DNA from: an uncultured Akkermansia sp.
GTDB lineage: Bacteria; Verrucomicrobiota; Verrucomicrobiia; Verrucomicrobiales; Akkermansiaceae
Assembly: GCA_964371115.1 (NCBI GenBank)
Contig: CAYJLP010000003.1
Span: forward strand, 1 to 40,702
Reading direction: 5' to 3'
Length of the DNA: 40,702 nt
Positions 25,316 through 34,068 of the stretch are shown in pieces. The notes under the pieces are model-generated. The model searched no databases, was not told where the DNA came from, and saw nothing but the letters and a program-made list of their open reading frames with translations. The number at the start of each line of letters is the position of its first letter. The stretch's first letter is position 1. Made by a program: the position numbers and the translations under genes.

Positions 25316-26886
25316 ACAAACGCTTCTACCTCATCGCGGGCAGCTTTGCGCTGCTCTGCATCCTCGCCTCCGTCTGGCTCAGCTACGAAGCCTCGCGCCT
25401 CGAAGACCGCCTCCGTGACATCGACCGCCAGAGCCAGATCACACGTCTCATGGAGCTCTCGCTGCCGCGCCTCGATGCGCGCCTCCAGCAGCTCCTCGAT
25501 GCCGAGGCGGCCAAGACAGGCACGGCGATGCCCAATTTCGCCTTTGCGAACTACCGCGCCCCGCACGCGCAGCGCGCCGCCTTCAACAAGGGCTTTTTCC
25601 TCCTGAGCCCCGCAGGGCTCTTCTATCCGCGCGAGGCGCGCGACTTTGGCAACTGGCTGGAGGGCAAGACCCTCATCGTCGACACCATGCGGCGCAAGGC
25701 GTACAACCCCCATGCTCCGCTCTTTGACCCCCTGCAAGAGAGCCGCTTTGACGCCGCGAGCCAAGTCCCCGTCTTTGCCGTCTACCAAGTCGATGAGACT
25801 GATTTTTCCAAACCTATCAAGGTAATGGAAAAACCCAGTGCCTACTTCGCATGGCATGGAGACGGTGAGCTCATCTACATGCGCTCGATTCGCACGAGCC
25901 ACGGACACGCGGCGCAGGGCTTCGTCATCGACGTCGAGGCACTGAGCCAGCAGCTACTCCCCCTCGTCGAGCCACGCCTGCTCTCCCCCAGCATCCGCCT
26001 CACGCCGAATAATGAGAAAGGCAATCTCCCGCCCCTCCCGCTAGAGCTGCTTGCAGGCTCGCGCATCGACCTGCCCGATACGCAGCTGCGCTCCGAGGCA
26101 CTGCGCGGCACGCTCTTCACCGCATGGGGGATAAGCATCGGTAGCATCATTCTCATCGCGTCGCTCATGTGGGTGTATAGCCTCATCGAGCGACGTCGCA
26201 GCGACTTTGTCTCCGCCGTGACGCATGAGCTACGCACGCCTCTCACCAGCTTCACCCTCTATACAGAGATGCTTGCGGAGAACAAGGATCTCCCAGCAGA
26301 GACGGTAGAGAAATACCACGAGAAGCTCCACCGCGAGAGCCTGCGGCTCAACCACCTCGTGGAGAATGTCCTCGCCTATGCGCGTCTGAGTCGTGGGAAA
26401 ATTCGCGGACGCCAAGACCTCGGTCTCTGCGGCGTGCTGCTGCCGGAGCTCTTTGCAAAAATTGGCAAACCTCTCCGAGCCGCAGGCTTCCACTATCAAT
26501 ACACGCTCGATAAGCGCTGCCACCACGTGCAACTACGCACGGATCTCCTCACGCTCGAGCAAGCACTGACGAATCTGAGTGACAATGCGATAAAATACGC
26601 CAGTCGCCCGCAGGCCAGCGTGCAAATACATGTCTTGCAAACGACTCGCGAGCTGCACATTCGCTTCAGTGACAAAGGCCCGGGCATAGAGGAAGAGCGA
26701 GAGAAGCAGCTCTTTGCCCCCTTCCAACGCAGTGCCGAAGCACAGAAGGGCAAGCAAGCGGGCATCGGTCTCGGGCTCGCCCTCTCGCGCGATCTCCTGC
26801 GCTCCATAGGCGGAGAGCTGCGCTATGAGCGCACACGCAGCGAGGTCACGGGGAGCACCTTCCTCGTCATTCTACCGCTGACCTGA
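25312..26886 (+). CDS. Sensor histidine kinase
   Basis: Two TM segments, H-box FVSAVTHELRTPL, N-box NLSDNAIKY, DKGPGI, GIGLGL; ATGA overlap with the regulator. Confidence 0.95.
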   Translation: MNKRFYLIAGSFALLCILASVWLSYEASRLEDRLRDIDRQSQITRLMELSLPRLDARLQQLLDAEAAKTGTAMPNFAFANYRAPHAQRAAFNKGFFLLSPAGLFYPREARDFGNWLEGKTLIVDTMRRKAYNPHAPLFDPLQESRFDAASQVPVFAVYQVDETDFSKPIKVMEKPSAYFAWHGDGELIYMRSIRTSHGHAAQGFVIDVEALSQQLLPLVEPRLLSPSIRLTPNNEKGNLPPLPLELLAGSRIDLPDTQLRSEALRGTLFTAWGISIGSIILIASLMWVYSLIERRRSDFVSAVTHELRTPLTSFTLYTEMLAENKDLPAETVEKYHEKLHRESLRLNHLVENVLAYARLSRGKIRGRQDLGLCGVLLPELFAKIGKPLRAAGFHYQYTLDKRCHHVQLRTDLLTLEQALTNLSDNAIKYASRPQASVQIHVLQTTRELHIRFSDKGPGIEEEREKQLFAPFQRSAEAQKGKQAGIGLGLALSRDLLRSIGGELRYERTRSEVTGSTFLVILPLT

Positions 26887-26961
26887 GGGGGCTTTATCTA
26901 TGGGGGGCTCTTCTAAGTAAAGCACACAGACTAAGATTATTTTATTATTGCTTTGGCTATA

Positions 26962-27039
26962 GGGGTCCTTGCAAAATTAGTTTTCAGAAATTGCAGATTT
27001 CGAAAATGAGCGCCACAGCACGTCTTTTGCAAGATCTCC
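26962..27039. mobile_element. 78-bp internally deleted MITE with TATA target duplication
   Basis: ggggtccttgcaaaattag…ttttgcaagatctcc; TATA at 26958-26961 and 27040-27043; body matches 20487-20555. Confidence 0.8.
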
Positions 27040-27164
27040 TATAGTTATAGGGGGCTTCTAAATTCTCGTCATTCTAAATAAGTAAATATGTAAAATCGCT
27101 TCACGAGGCAGCTATGATTGATAGATGTTTTGACAGTGGAAGAGCACTGTGGTATTCTGCCGTG

Positions 27165-27734
27165 ATGAAGAAGTATTTTTTGTTGGCTTTGTTGCCGCTT
27201 TTTTCTTGTACTGCTCTGAGTGAGCAGTCGGAGAAGTCGAGGCGTGCTCAGGTGCATTTGGAGCAGTCGCTTTCGGAGGCGCGGCAGGTGGAGCTGCATT
27301 TTCTTATGATCAAGGGTAGGTATAGCAAGGGCTTTATGAAGAAGCATGGGAAGAAAAATTTGCAGAGTGAGTTTTTCATTTCTTTGCCTCGGAGTGAGCA
27401 GGAGGAGCTGCTGCGACTTTGTTCTCAGATGCGGGTGGTGCAGATGCCTTTCGATATTCAGAAAATGCCGCGCATTTCTTATGCGTACAAGCTCTACTTG
27501 CTCTTGAAGGATGAGCAGGGGAAGGTGATGGGGTCGATCGAGCCTTCGAGTGTGAAGGAGCATGTTCCCAGCAAGTACCTGACAGGCTCGACTTTTTATC
27601 TTCTGCCTAGGGAGGGTGTGGAGCGTTTCAAGGAGATTGTGTACAAGGCGGTGGATGCGAGGGATATTTATTTTAGGAAGCTGTATCGTGAGCCTGATGC
27701 GCCGTGTCCGACGTGTGGTGAGAGGCATGAGTGA
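27165..27734 (+). CDS. Hypothetical basic lipoprotein, tandem paralog 1
   Basis: MKKYFLLALLPLFSC lipobox-like signal; TTGACA-17-TATTCT upstream. Confidence 0.8.
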   Translation: MKKYFLLALLPLFSCTALSEQSEKSRRAQVHLEQSLSEARQVELHFLMIKGRYSKGFMKKHGKKNLQSEFFISLPRSEQEELLRLCSQMRVVQMPFDIQKMPRISYAYKLYLLLKDEQGKVMGSIEPSSVKEHVPSKYLTGSTFYLLPREGVERFKEIVYKAVDARDIYFRKLYREPDAPCPTCGERHE

Positions 27735-27792
27735 TGTTTGGCTCCGTGCGTCGTGATTTGACAGGGGGAGGGTATTGTGGTATTGTACTGGG

Positions 27793-28323
27793 ATGAAGAA
27801 GTATTTTTTGTTGGCTTTGTTGCCGCTTTTTTCTTGTACTGCTCTGAGTGAGCAGTCGGAGAAGTCGAGGCGTGCTCAGGTGCATTTGGAGCAGTCGCTT
27901 TCGGAGGCGCGGCAGGTGGAGCTGCATTTTCTTATGATCAAGGGTAGGTATAGCAAGGGCTTTATGAAGAAGCATGGGAAGAAAAATTTGCAGAGTGAGT
28001 TTTTCATTTCTTTGCCTCGGAGTGAGCAGGAGGAGCTGCTGGGGCTGATCTCTCAGATGCGGGTGGTGAAGATGCCTTTTGATCTCCAGAAAATGCGGCT
28101 CGTTAATTTTAAGGTTCAGCTCCACTTGCACTTGAAGGATGGGCAGGGGAAGGTGGTGGGGTCGATCAAGCCTTCGAGGGTGACGGAGCGTATTCCTAAA
28201 GAGTACCGGACAGGCTCGATTTTTTATCTTCTGCCCAAGGAGGGTGTGGAGCGTTTCAGGGAGATTGTGTACAAGGCGGTGGATGCGAGGGATATTTATG
28301 CGCGCAAGTTTTACCATAAGTAG
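27793..28323 (+). CDS. Hypothetical basic lipoprotein, tandem paralog 2
   Basis: First 249 nt identical to paralog 1; own TTGACA-17-TATTGT promoter. Confidence 0.8.
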   Translation: MKKYFLLALLPLFSCTALSEQSEKSRRAQVHLEQSLSEARQVELHFLMIKGRYSKGFMKKHGKKNLQSEFFISLPRSEQEELLGLISQMRVVKMPFDLQKMRLVNFKVQLHLHLKDGQGKVVGSIKPSRVTERIPKEYRTGSIFYLLPKEGVERFREIVYKAVDARDIYARKFYHK

Positions 28324-28450
28324 GGGGGGATGTTTGACTTGTGTGGGGGGCAAACGATAATGGGTCATTGCAAGAAGTGCGGATATTGAAGAGCTTTTCT
28401 TCGTTCATGAGCTTCATTTGGAGGGAAAAGACAAAGTCTTTTTCAACCAA

Positions 28451-29037
28451 ATGAAGATACATGCCACAGACCTCATCGCGCGAAGTCTGTCAAGTGAAAA
28501 TCCGTATAAATAGCAAGCGGAGCGTAGCGACGCGCCGCGTTTTATGCCGGATTTTATCTTGACGGACGAAGCGCGATGAGGTACGCAGGCTGTTGTTGCG
28601 TGATAACCGTAGCTAAAGTATTGAGTAGTTGCTTGCTGGGATTTGACTTTACACGGTCACTTCGCGTTTGCGGCGGTGGACAAGTGGCGGGTTTTAGCAA
28701 TCAAGAACGCAGGGCGTTGTTGTATAGGTTGTTTGGATTCGGCACTATGCGACGCTTCGCGTTTGCGACGGTAGGAATTTGGCGCGCTTCGCGCGCGGGG
28801 GGGACGGGGGCGTCAGTTGGCGGCGTTGCTCCCTTGCTGGGTTTGCCGCACGTGCGTGTGCTAATGTACTTGAAACTGGCGCCCGCTGGATCTGCGATCC
28901 AGCACTTCCTCGGGCTCTGCCCGAACCCGCAAGGGCTCCGCCCTTGACCCGGGAGGGCTCTGCCCTCCACCCGCCGGGCTCTGCCCAGACCCGCCGGCGA
29001 ACGATCGCCGGTGATCGCTTAAGGTCGAGACCTTAAG
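28451..29037 (+). repeat. Composite dispersed hairpin element (module X 28451-28590, Y 28752-28906, 4-hairpin mini-array 28911-28993, Z 28988-29037)
   Basis: Similarity to 3908-4066, 24297-24485 and 32852-33256; long internal inverted repeats. Confidence 0.88.
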
Positions 29038-29095
29038 AATCCAATTTCTTTTGCGGATGGGTTGGCATAGGTTTGTTTGCTGCGGCATAAACCAC

Positions 29096-29128
29096 AAAAA
29101 AACCACGCTGTTGTGAGCGTGGTTTTTT
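29096..29128. terminator. Intrinsic terminator (leuS-amidase operon; bidirectional form)
   Basis: aaaaaaaccacgct-gttgtg-agcgtggtttttt. Confidence 0.85.
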
Positions 29129-29150
29129 GCTGGATAAGGTATGTTGCTGA

Positions 29151-30059
29151 TCAGTGCCAGAAGCGGCGCGCACCCGGCACGTTCTCTGAGCGCGATTCCG
29201 CTGCGTAGCCAAAGGAGCCCTTGTCACGTACGTTCGGATCTGCTCGGCGACGAGGGGCGGGCTTGTTCGCTCGCTTCATGTAGTCCACGATGCCTTCTCC
29301 CACTGCCTCAGCGTAGTCAACTGCTTGTTCATGGTTCGCTAGCATCTGCGCCTGTGGTCTGTTGTTCAGGTAGGCGGATTCGATGACGACAGCGGGGATG
29401 CCTCCATCGTCACAGACGTTCATCCATCCCGCTGCGCGCGACGCATCTACATGTCGCGATTGCAGGCTCACGCGGCTGTAGTTGGGCAGCTCATCGGTGA
29501 CTTCTTTCGCGATGTCTTCCGCAAGGAGTCGTCCATTGTTCTGATTGTAGATGAAGAGTGCTGGGGTAGCACTGCTCGTCCAGCTGCTGCTTGAGCTATT
29601 GTGATGCAGGAAGACGGCGCACGCGGCCTTGTGCGTGACGGCGTAATCCGCGCTGATGATGCCTGCCGAGACACGGTCAGGGAAGTGGCGCGAGGGGTAG
29701 CGCGGTGACGCGGTCTTGGGCTGCTTCAGATGCTGGACTCCCGCGCGCTGCGCGTATTGCTGCAGGCGCGCCGAGCTGGGCGCATCCCCGCGGTTGATGA
29801 CGACGCAGCGGTAGCCAGCGTCTTCGATTTCCTTCTTGACGTAGTAGCTGTACTCGTACCAGAAGTCAAGCTCGTTGATGCGCTTGCCGTTGATGGCTGT
29901 GGGGGTCTGCGCGCCGCGTGCATGGATGTGGTGCCCGATGTCGAGCACCACGAGGTCGCGGGCATTGCTGCCGCCACCGCTGAGTCCACTCGTGCTGGAG
30001 CAGGAGCTCAGCGGGAGGAGGCTAGCCAGCGCGATGAGGGCTGTGTTGAGGAGGTTCAT
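29151..30059 (-). CDS. N-acetylmuramoyl-L-alanine amidase (Amidase_3) lipoprotein
   Basis: Lipobox LSSC; VVLDIGH…NE, FLHHNS, PAVVIESAYLNN. Confidence 0.8.
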   Translation of the reverse strand: MNLLNTALIALASLLPLSSCSSTSGLSGGGSNARDLVVLDIGHHIHARGAQTPTAINGKRINELDFWYEYSYYVKKEIEDAGYRCVVINRGDAPSSARLQQYAQRAGVQHLKQPKTASPRYPSRHFPDRVSAGIISADYAVTHKAACAVFLHHNSSSSSWTSSATPALFIYNQNNGRLLAEDIAKEVTDELPNYSRVSLQSRHVDASRAAGWMNVCDDGGIPAVVIESAYLNNRPQAQMLANHEQAVDYAEAVGEGIVDYMKRANKPAPRRRADPNVRDKGSFGYAAESRSENVPGARRFWH

Positions 30060-30063
30060 ACGC

Positions 30064-32649
30064 TTAGTTGGCGACGATGTTGACGAGGCGCCCTGGCACG
30101 ACGATGACTTTGCGCACGGTGAGACCGGTGATGAAGTCTTGGATGCGGGGCTGGGCGAGGGCGGTGGCTTCGATGTCGGCCTTGCTCATGTCGATGGGCA
30201 GCATGACTTTGTCGCGCAGCTTGCCGTTGACTTGGATGACGATTTCTTTCTCGTTTTCGACGAGGTAGCTTTCGTCATAGGCGGGCCAGTCCATGGAGCT
30301 GAGCTGTACCTGTGGGAGCTGAGGATGCGCGGCGCAGAGGAGGCTGTAGAGCTCTTCTGCCGTGTGCGGGGCAAAGGGGCAGAGCACGCGCAGCAGCTGC
30401 ACGTAGTCGTCGAGGTTGATTTGCTGGCCAGCGTTGACGGCGTCGTACATGGCGTTCGTACACTCCATCATCTTGGAGATGGCGGTGTTGAAGCTCATGC
30501 TCTCGATGTCTTCACCGACTTTTTTGATGGTCTTGTGGACTTCCTTGCGTACGGGGGTGGTGCCGAGGTCGTCGGCGGTGATCTTTCCAGAGTGTTCCCA
30601 CTGTCCTTCTTGGTTCTCGGTCTGGGCGAGGCGCCAGACGCGGGCGAGGAAGCGGCAGACGCCCTCGACGCCCTTGGTGGCCCAGGGCTTGACTTCCTTG
30701 AGCGGTCCCATGAACATCTCGTAGAGGCGCAGTGAGTCCGCGCCGTATTCGCGCACGATGTCATCGGGGTTGACGACGTTGCCACGGCTCTTGCTCATCT
30801 TTTGTCCATCGGCTCCGAGGATGAGGCCTTGGTTGACGAGCTTGTGGAAGGGCTCGTTGCTGGAGACTAAACCGTAGTCGAAGAGTACCTTGTGCCAGAA
30901 GCGCGAGTAGAGCAGGTGGAGCACGGCGTGCTCGGTGCCACCGACGTAGAGGTCGATGCCGCCTGCCTGTGTACCGCTGCCCATCCAGTAGTCCTCGACC
31001 TCAGGGGCGACGAATTGCTCGTCGTTGGTGGGGTCCATGTAGCGCAGGTAATACCAGCAGGAGCCTGCCCACTGGGGCATGGTGTTGGTCTCGCGGGTGT
31101 AGTCGTCGCTGTAGTTGATCCACTCAGTAGCCTTGACGAGCGGACCGCGGGGGTCGCCCGAGGGCTTGAAGTCTTCCATCTCGGGCTGGAGCAGGGGCAG
31201 CTCGCTCTCGGGGATGGCGGCGTGCTCGCCTGTGTGCTTGTTCCAGATGAGGGGGAAGGGCTCGCCCCAGTAGCGCTGACGGGCAAAGAGCCAGTCGCGG
31301 AGCTTGTAATTGGTTTTGCCGGTGCCGAGTTTGTTCTCTTCGAGCCAGTCGATCATTTTCTGCTTGGCATCGCTGACGCTGAGGCCGTTGAGGAAACCTG
31401 AGTTGATGGCGGTGCCGTCATAGCCGACGAAGCCTTCCCAGGCGACTCCCTCGGCATCGGGGGCAACGACCTGCAGGATGGGCAGTCCGAATTGGGTGGC
31501 GAACTCAAAGTCGCGGCTGTCGTGCGCGGGCACGGCCATGATGGCACCTGTGCCGTAGCCAGTGAGGACGTAGTCGGCGATCCAGACGGGGATTTTTTCT
31601 CCGCTCACAGGGTTGGTCGCGTAGGCTCCGGTGAAGACACCGGATTTTTCCTTGTTCAGCTCGCTTCGCTCCATGTCGCTCTTGTTCGCACAGGAGGCTT
31701 GATAGGCCTCGACGGCGGCCTTTTGCTCGGCGGTCGTGATGTCGGCGACGAGCTCATGCTCGGGGGCGAGCACCATGTAGGTCGCGCCAAAGAGGGTGTC
31801 GGGGCGGGTGGTGTAGACGGTGAGGGTGTGTCCCTCGCAGGCGAAGTTCACATCCGCGCCTTGGGATTTGCCAATCCAGTTGCGCTGGAGCAGCTTGATG
31901 CCCTCGGGCCAGTCGAGCGGCTCGAGTTCGTCGATGAGACGCTCGGCGTAGGCGGTGATGCGCAGCATCCACTGGCGCAGCTTGCGACGCTCGATGGTGT
32001 GGCCCTTGCTGCGCCATTCTTCGGCTTCTTCGTTCGCGACGACACTGCCGAGGCTGGGAGACCAGTTCACATAGCCTTCTGCGACGAAGGCGAGGCGGCG
32101 CTCGTCGATCTCGGCGCGGCTGAGACCCTGCTCCTCGAGCTCGCTGATGGGGCGTGCCTTTTGCAGCTCGGTGTTGTAGTAGCTGTTGTAGAGCTTGAGG
32201 AAGATCCACTGAGTCCAGCGGACGTACTTGGGATCTGTGGTCGCGAGCTCGCGATCCCAGTCGTAGGAGAAGCCCAGCATCTTGAGCTGGCGGCGGAAGG
32301 TATCAATATTCGCATTCGTGGTCACGGCGGGGTGCTGCCCCGTCTTGATAGCGTACTGCTCGGCGGGGAGGCCGAATGAATCCCACCCCATGGGGTGGAG
32401 GACATTGTAGCCCATGTGACGCTTGTAGCGCGCGACGATGTCGGTGGCGGTGTAGCCCTCGGGGTGGCCAACGTGGAGACCGGCTCCGCTGGGGTAGGGG
32501 AACATGTCGAGTACGTAGTACTTGGGCTTGCTGGCGTCGAAGTCGGCGTCGCCGGGGTTGGGAGTGCGGAAGGTTTTCTCTTCATCCCAGATGGTTTGCC
32601 ATTTGGGTTCGAAGACATCAAAGGGATAGGGATGTTTGCGATCGGACAT
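30064..32649 (-). CDS. leuS: Leucine--tRNA ligase
   Basis: [73 protein letters not shown]. Confidence 0.98.
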   Translation of the reverse strand: MSDRKHPYPFDVFEPKWQTIWDEEKTFRTPNPGDADFDASKPKYYVLDMFPYPSGAGLHVGHPEGYTATDIVARYKRHMGYNVLHPMGWDSFGLPAEQYAIKTGQHPAVTTNANIDTFRRQLKMLGFSYDWDRELATTDPKYVRWTQWIFLKLYNSYYNTELQKARPISELEEQGLSRAEIDERRLAFVAEGYVNWSPSLGSVVANEEAEEWRSKGHTIERRKLRQWMLRITAYAERLIDELEPLDWPEGIKLLQRNWIGKSQGADVNFACEGHTLTVYTTRPDTLFGATYMVLAPEHELVADITTAEQKAAVEAYQASCANKSDMERSELNKEKSGVFTGAYATNPVSGEKIPVWIADYVLTGYGTGAIMAVPAHDSRDFEFATQFGLPILQVVAPDAEGVAWEGFVGYDGTAINSGFLNGLSVSDAKQKMIDWLEENKLGTGKTNYKLRDWLFARQRYWGEPFPLIWNKHTGEHAAIPESELPLLQPEMEDFKPSGDPRGPLVKATEWINYSDDYTRETNTMPQWAGSCWYYLRYMDPTNDEQFVAPEVEDYWMGSGTQAGGIDLYVGGTEHAVLHLLYSRFWHKVLFDYGLVSSNEPFHKLVNQGLILGADGQKMSKSRGNVVNPDDIVREYGADSLRLYEMFMGPLKEVKPWATKGVEGVCRFLARVWRLAQTENQEGQWEHSGKITADDLGTTPVRKEVHKTIKKVGEDIESMSFNTAISKMMECTNAMYDAVNAGQQINLDDYVQLLRVLCPFAPHTAEELYSLLCAAHPQLPQVQLSSMDWPAYDESYLVENEKEIVIQVNGKLRDKVMLPIDMSKADIEATALAQPRIQDFITGLTVRKVIVVPGRLVNIVAN

Positions 32650-32771
32650 ATTGCAGAGTAGTTTAATATAAATGCGGCTCGTATACAAGCCTTATCATGC
32701 GCAGAGAGCAAAGGCGTGGAAAAAAGCGGGAGTATACAACAAAAGCGCCAAGTCAATGGATTCTCTTAAGC

Positions 32772-33068
32772 CATTTTGCATGCCAAAATGAGACGAAGAA
32801 AAGGCAGGACACCTCCTGCTTGGCCTGAGCGAAGCGAAGGTGATGAGGATAGACCTTAAGCGATCTCTGGCGATCGTTCGCCGGCGGCTCTGGGCACATT
32901 TTGCACCGCAAAATGAGACGACGAAAGGGCAAGACACCTCTTGCCCGTCCGAGCGTAGCGAGGTGAGGAGGAACCCAGCGGGTGAAGGACAAATCGCACT
33001 GCGATTTGAGACGACGAAAGGGCAGGACACCTCCTGCCCGTCCGAACGAAGTGAGGTGAGGAGGATAG
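32772..33068 (+). repeat. Tandem array of three ~78-bp structured units (32772-32852, 32897-32973, 32990-33068)
   Basis: Each unit: hairpin – GAGACGA.GAAA – GGCA(G/A)GA-CACC-TC(C/T)TGC – CC(T)GA.CG.AG.GA(A)GG – TGA.GAGGA. Confidence 0.88.
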
Positions 33069-33256
33069 CCCTTCTGGGGGGTGGGGGAAGCCCCGCAAGC
33101 AGTGCTGGATCGTAGATCCAGCAGGGCGTCAGTTTTGCAACATCAACACACGCCCGCGCGGCAAATCCAGCATGTCAGCAACGCTGCCAACTGACGCCCC
33201 CGTCCTCCCTCCGCCCGAAGGGCGGCAAACTCCTACCGTCGCAAGCGCGAAGTGCC
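32852..33256 (-). repeat. Dispersed hairpin element, modules Y (33101-33256) and Z (32852-32896), inverted copy C
   Basis: Reverse complement matches 28752-28906 and 28982-29026; array units 2 and 3 lie between Y and Z. Confidence 0.85.
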
Positions 33257-33300
33257 TACCGAATGGGTCGCTGGTCATCAGTTGGCATGCAATTTGCGAA

Positions 33301-34068
33301 TCAGGAGAAGCTCTCCATAAATCTGACCCAGCTCGGATCAAAATCGAGATGTTTTAACACATCATCTTTGTTGAGAGCTGGCGGCTTGTTGATTTCAAAC
33401 TTTCGAGCTGTGTCAGGGATATCGACATGGATGATGAATTGGGAACCATGCGGCTGCCATGTAAAGACTTGCTTTTCTGCCCCCTTGATAAAGCCGACGA
33501 GATTGCCATTTTTATTTTCTCTCCATTCATAATCAGAGGTACGATAGCGATGACAGTCTTCTTCAAAGAGGACATAGCTGCTCAGGTCAGGATTACGTCC
33601 CAGTATCATCGTGCGTACGGACGCGTAGTTATCTTGAGCGATGTTGACGCGCTCATTCCAAATATTGAGTACGGCTGTGCCTGTCTTTTGGATATCCTCG
33701 TGGGGGTCGCTGATCCCATAGGAATAGTCAGGGGAGCAGCGACCAGAAATGAGTCGTACAGTTTTGGCGGAGAAAGGAGCTGTGAGTTTAACTGTTTTGA
33801 CTGACCATGCAACCTTCTCTAGTTCTACGTCGGCTATACCCAAGGGGCTAGAGAGATGCGTGCCTCCCAGTGCATCAGCGAGGGCATCGCCGAAGTCATT
33901 GCCTATGAAATCTTTTCTTCCTGAGTAGATGAGAAAGATGAAGTAAGCACCTAGCTTGATGATAAGATCATCAGGGATATGATTGAGAGCGAAGGGAGCT
34001 GGGCTCTTTCTTCTCTTGGCGTCTCTGAGTCGTGGGATATTCATGAGAGTCTTTTTGTGGTTCTTCAC
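33301..34068 (-). CDS. Putative type II restriction endonuclease
   Basis: 255-aa AT-rich ORF overlapping the C5-MTase 3' end; candidate catalytic motif GIAD…WSVK; start GTG 34068 or ATG 34044. Confidence 0.65.
   Translation of the reverse strand: MKNHKKTLMNIPRLRDAKRRKSPAPFALNHIPDDLIIKLGAYFIFLIYSGRKDFIGNDFGDALADALGGTHLSSPLGIADVELEKVAWSVKTVKLTAPFSAKTVRLISGRCSPDYSYGISDPHEDIQKTGTAVLNIWNERVNIAQDNYASVRTMILGRNPDLSSYVLFEEDCHRYRTSDYEWRENKNGNLVGFIKGAEKQVFTWQPHGSQFIIHVDIPDTARKFEINKPPALNKDDVLKHLDFDPSWVRFMESFS

Noticed and set aside
27165..28323. Diversity-generating retroelement TR/VR pair
   Set aside because: Differences are not adenine-specific, both copies are full genes, and no reverse transcriptase is present
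28576..29106. ORFs over the repeat elements (also 32695-33341, 3821-4066)
   Set aside because: Their mutual similarity is explained by the DNA repeat; frames are not conserved between copies
32913..33045. Hammerhead ribozyme (CGAAA-stem-GTC)
   Set aside because: No CUGANGA core in the required position and the A15.1-U16.1 register does not fit
32772..33068. CRISPR array or integron attC array
   Set aside because: Units of ~78 bp with unequal 44/16-bp spacers, no cas or intI gene, no RYYYAAC/GTTRRRY core sites
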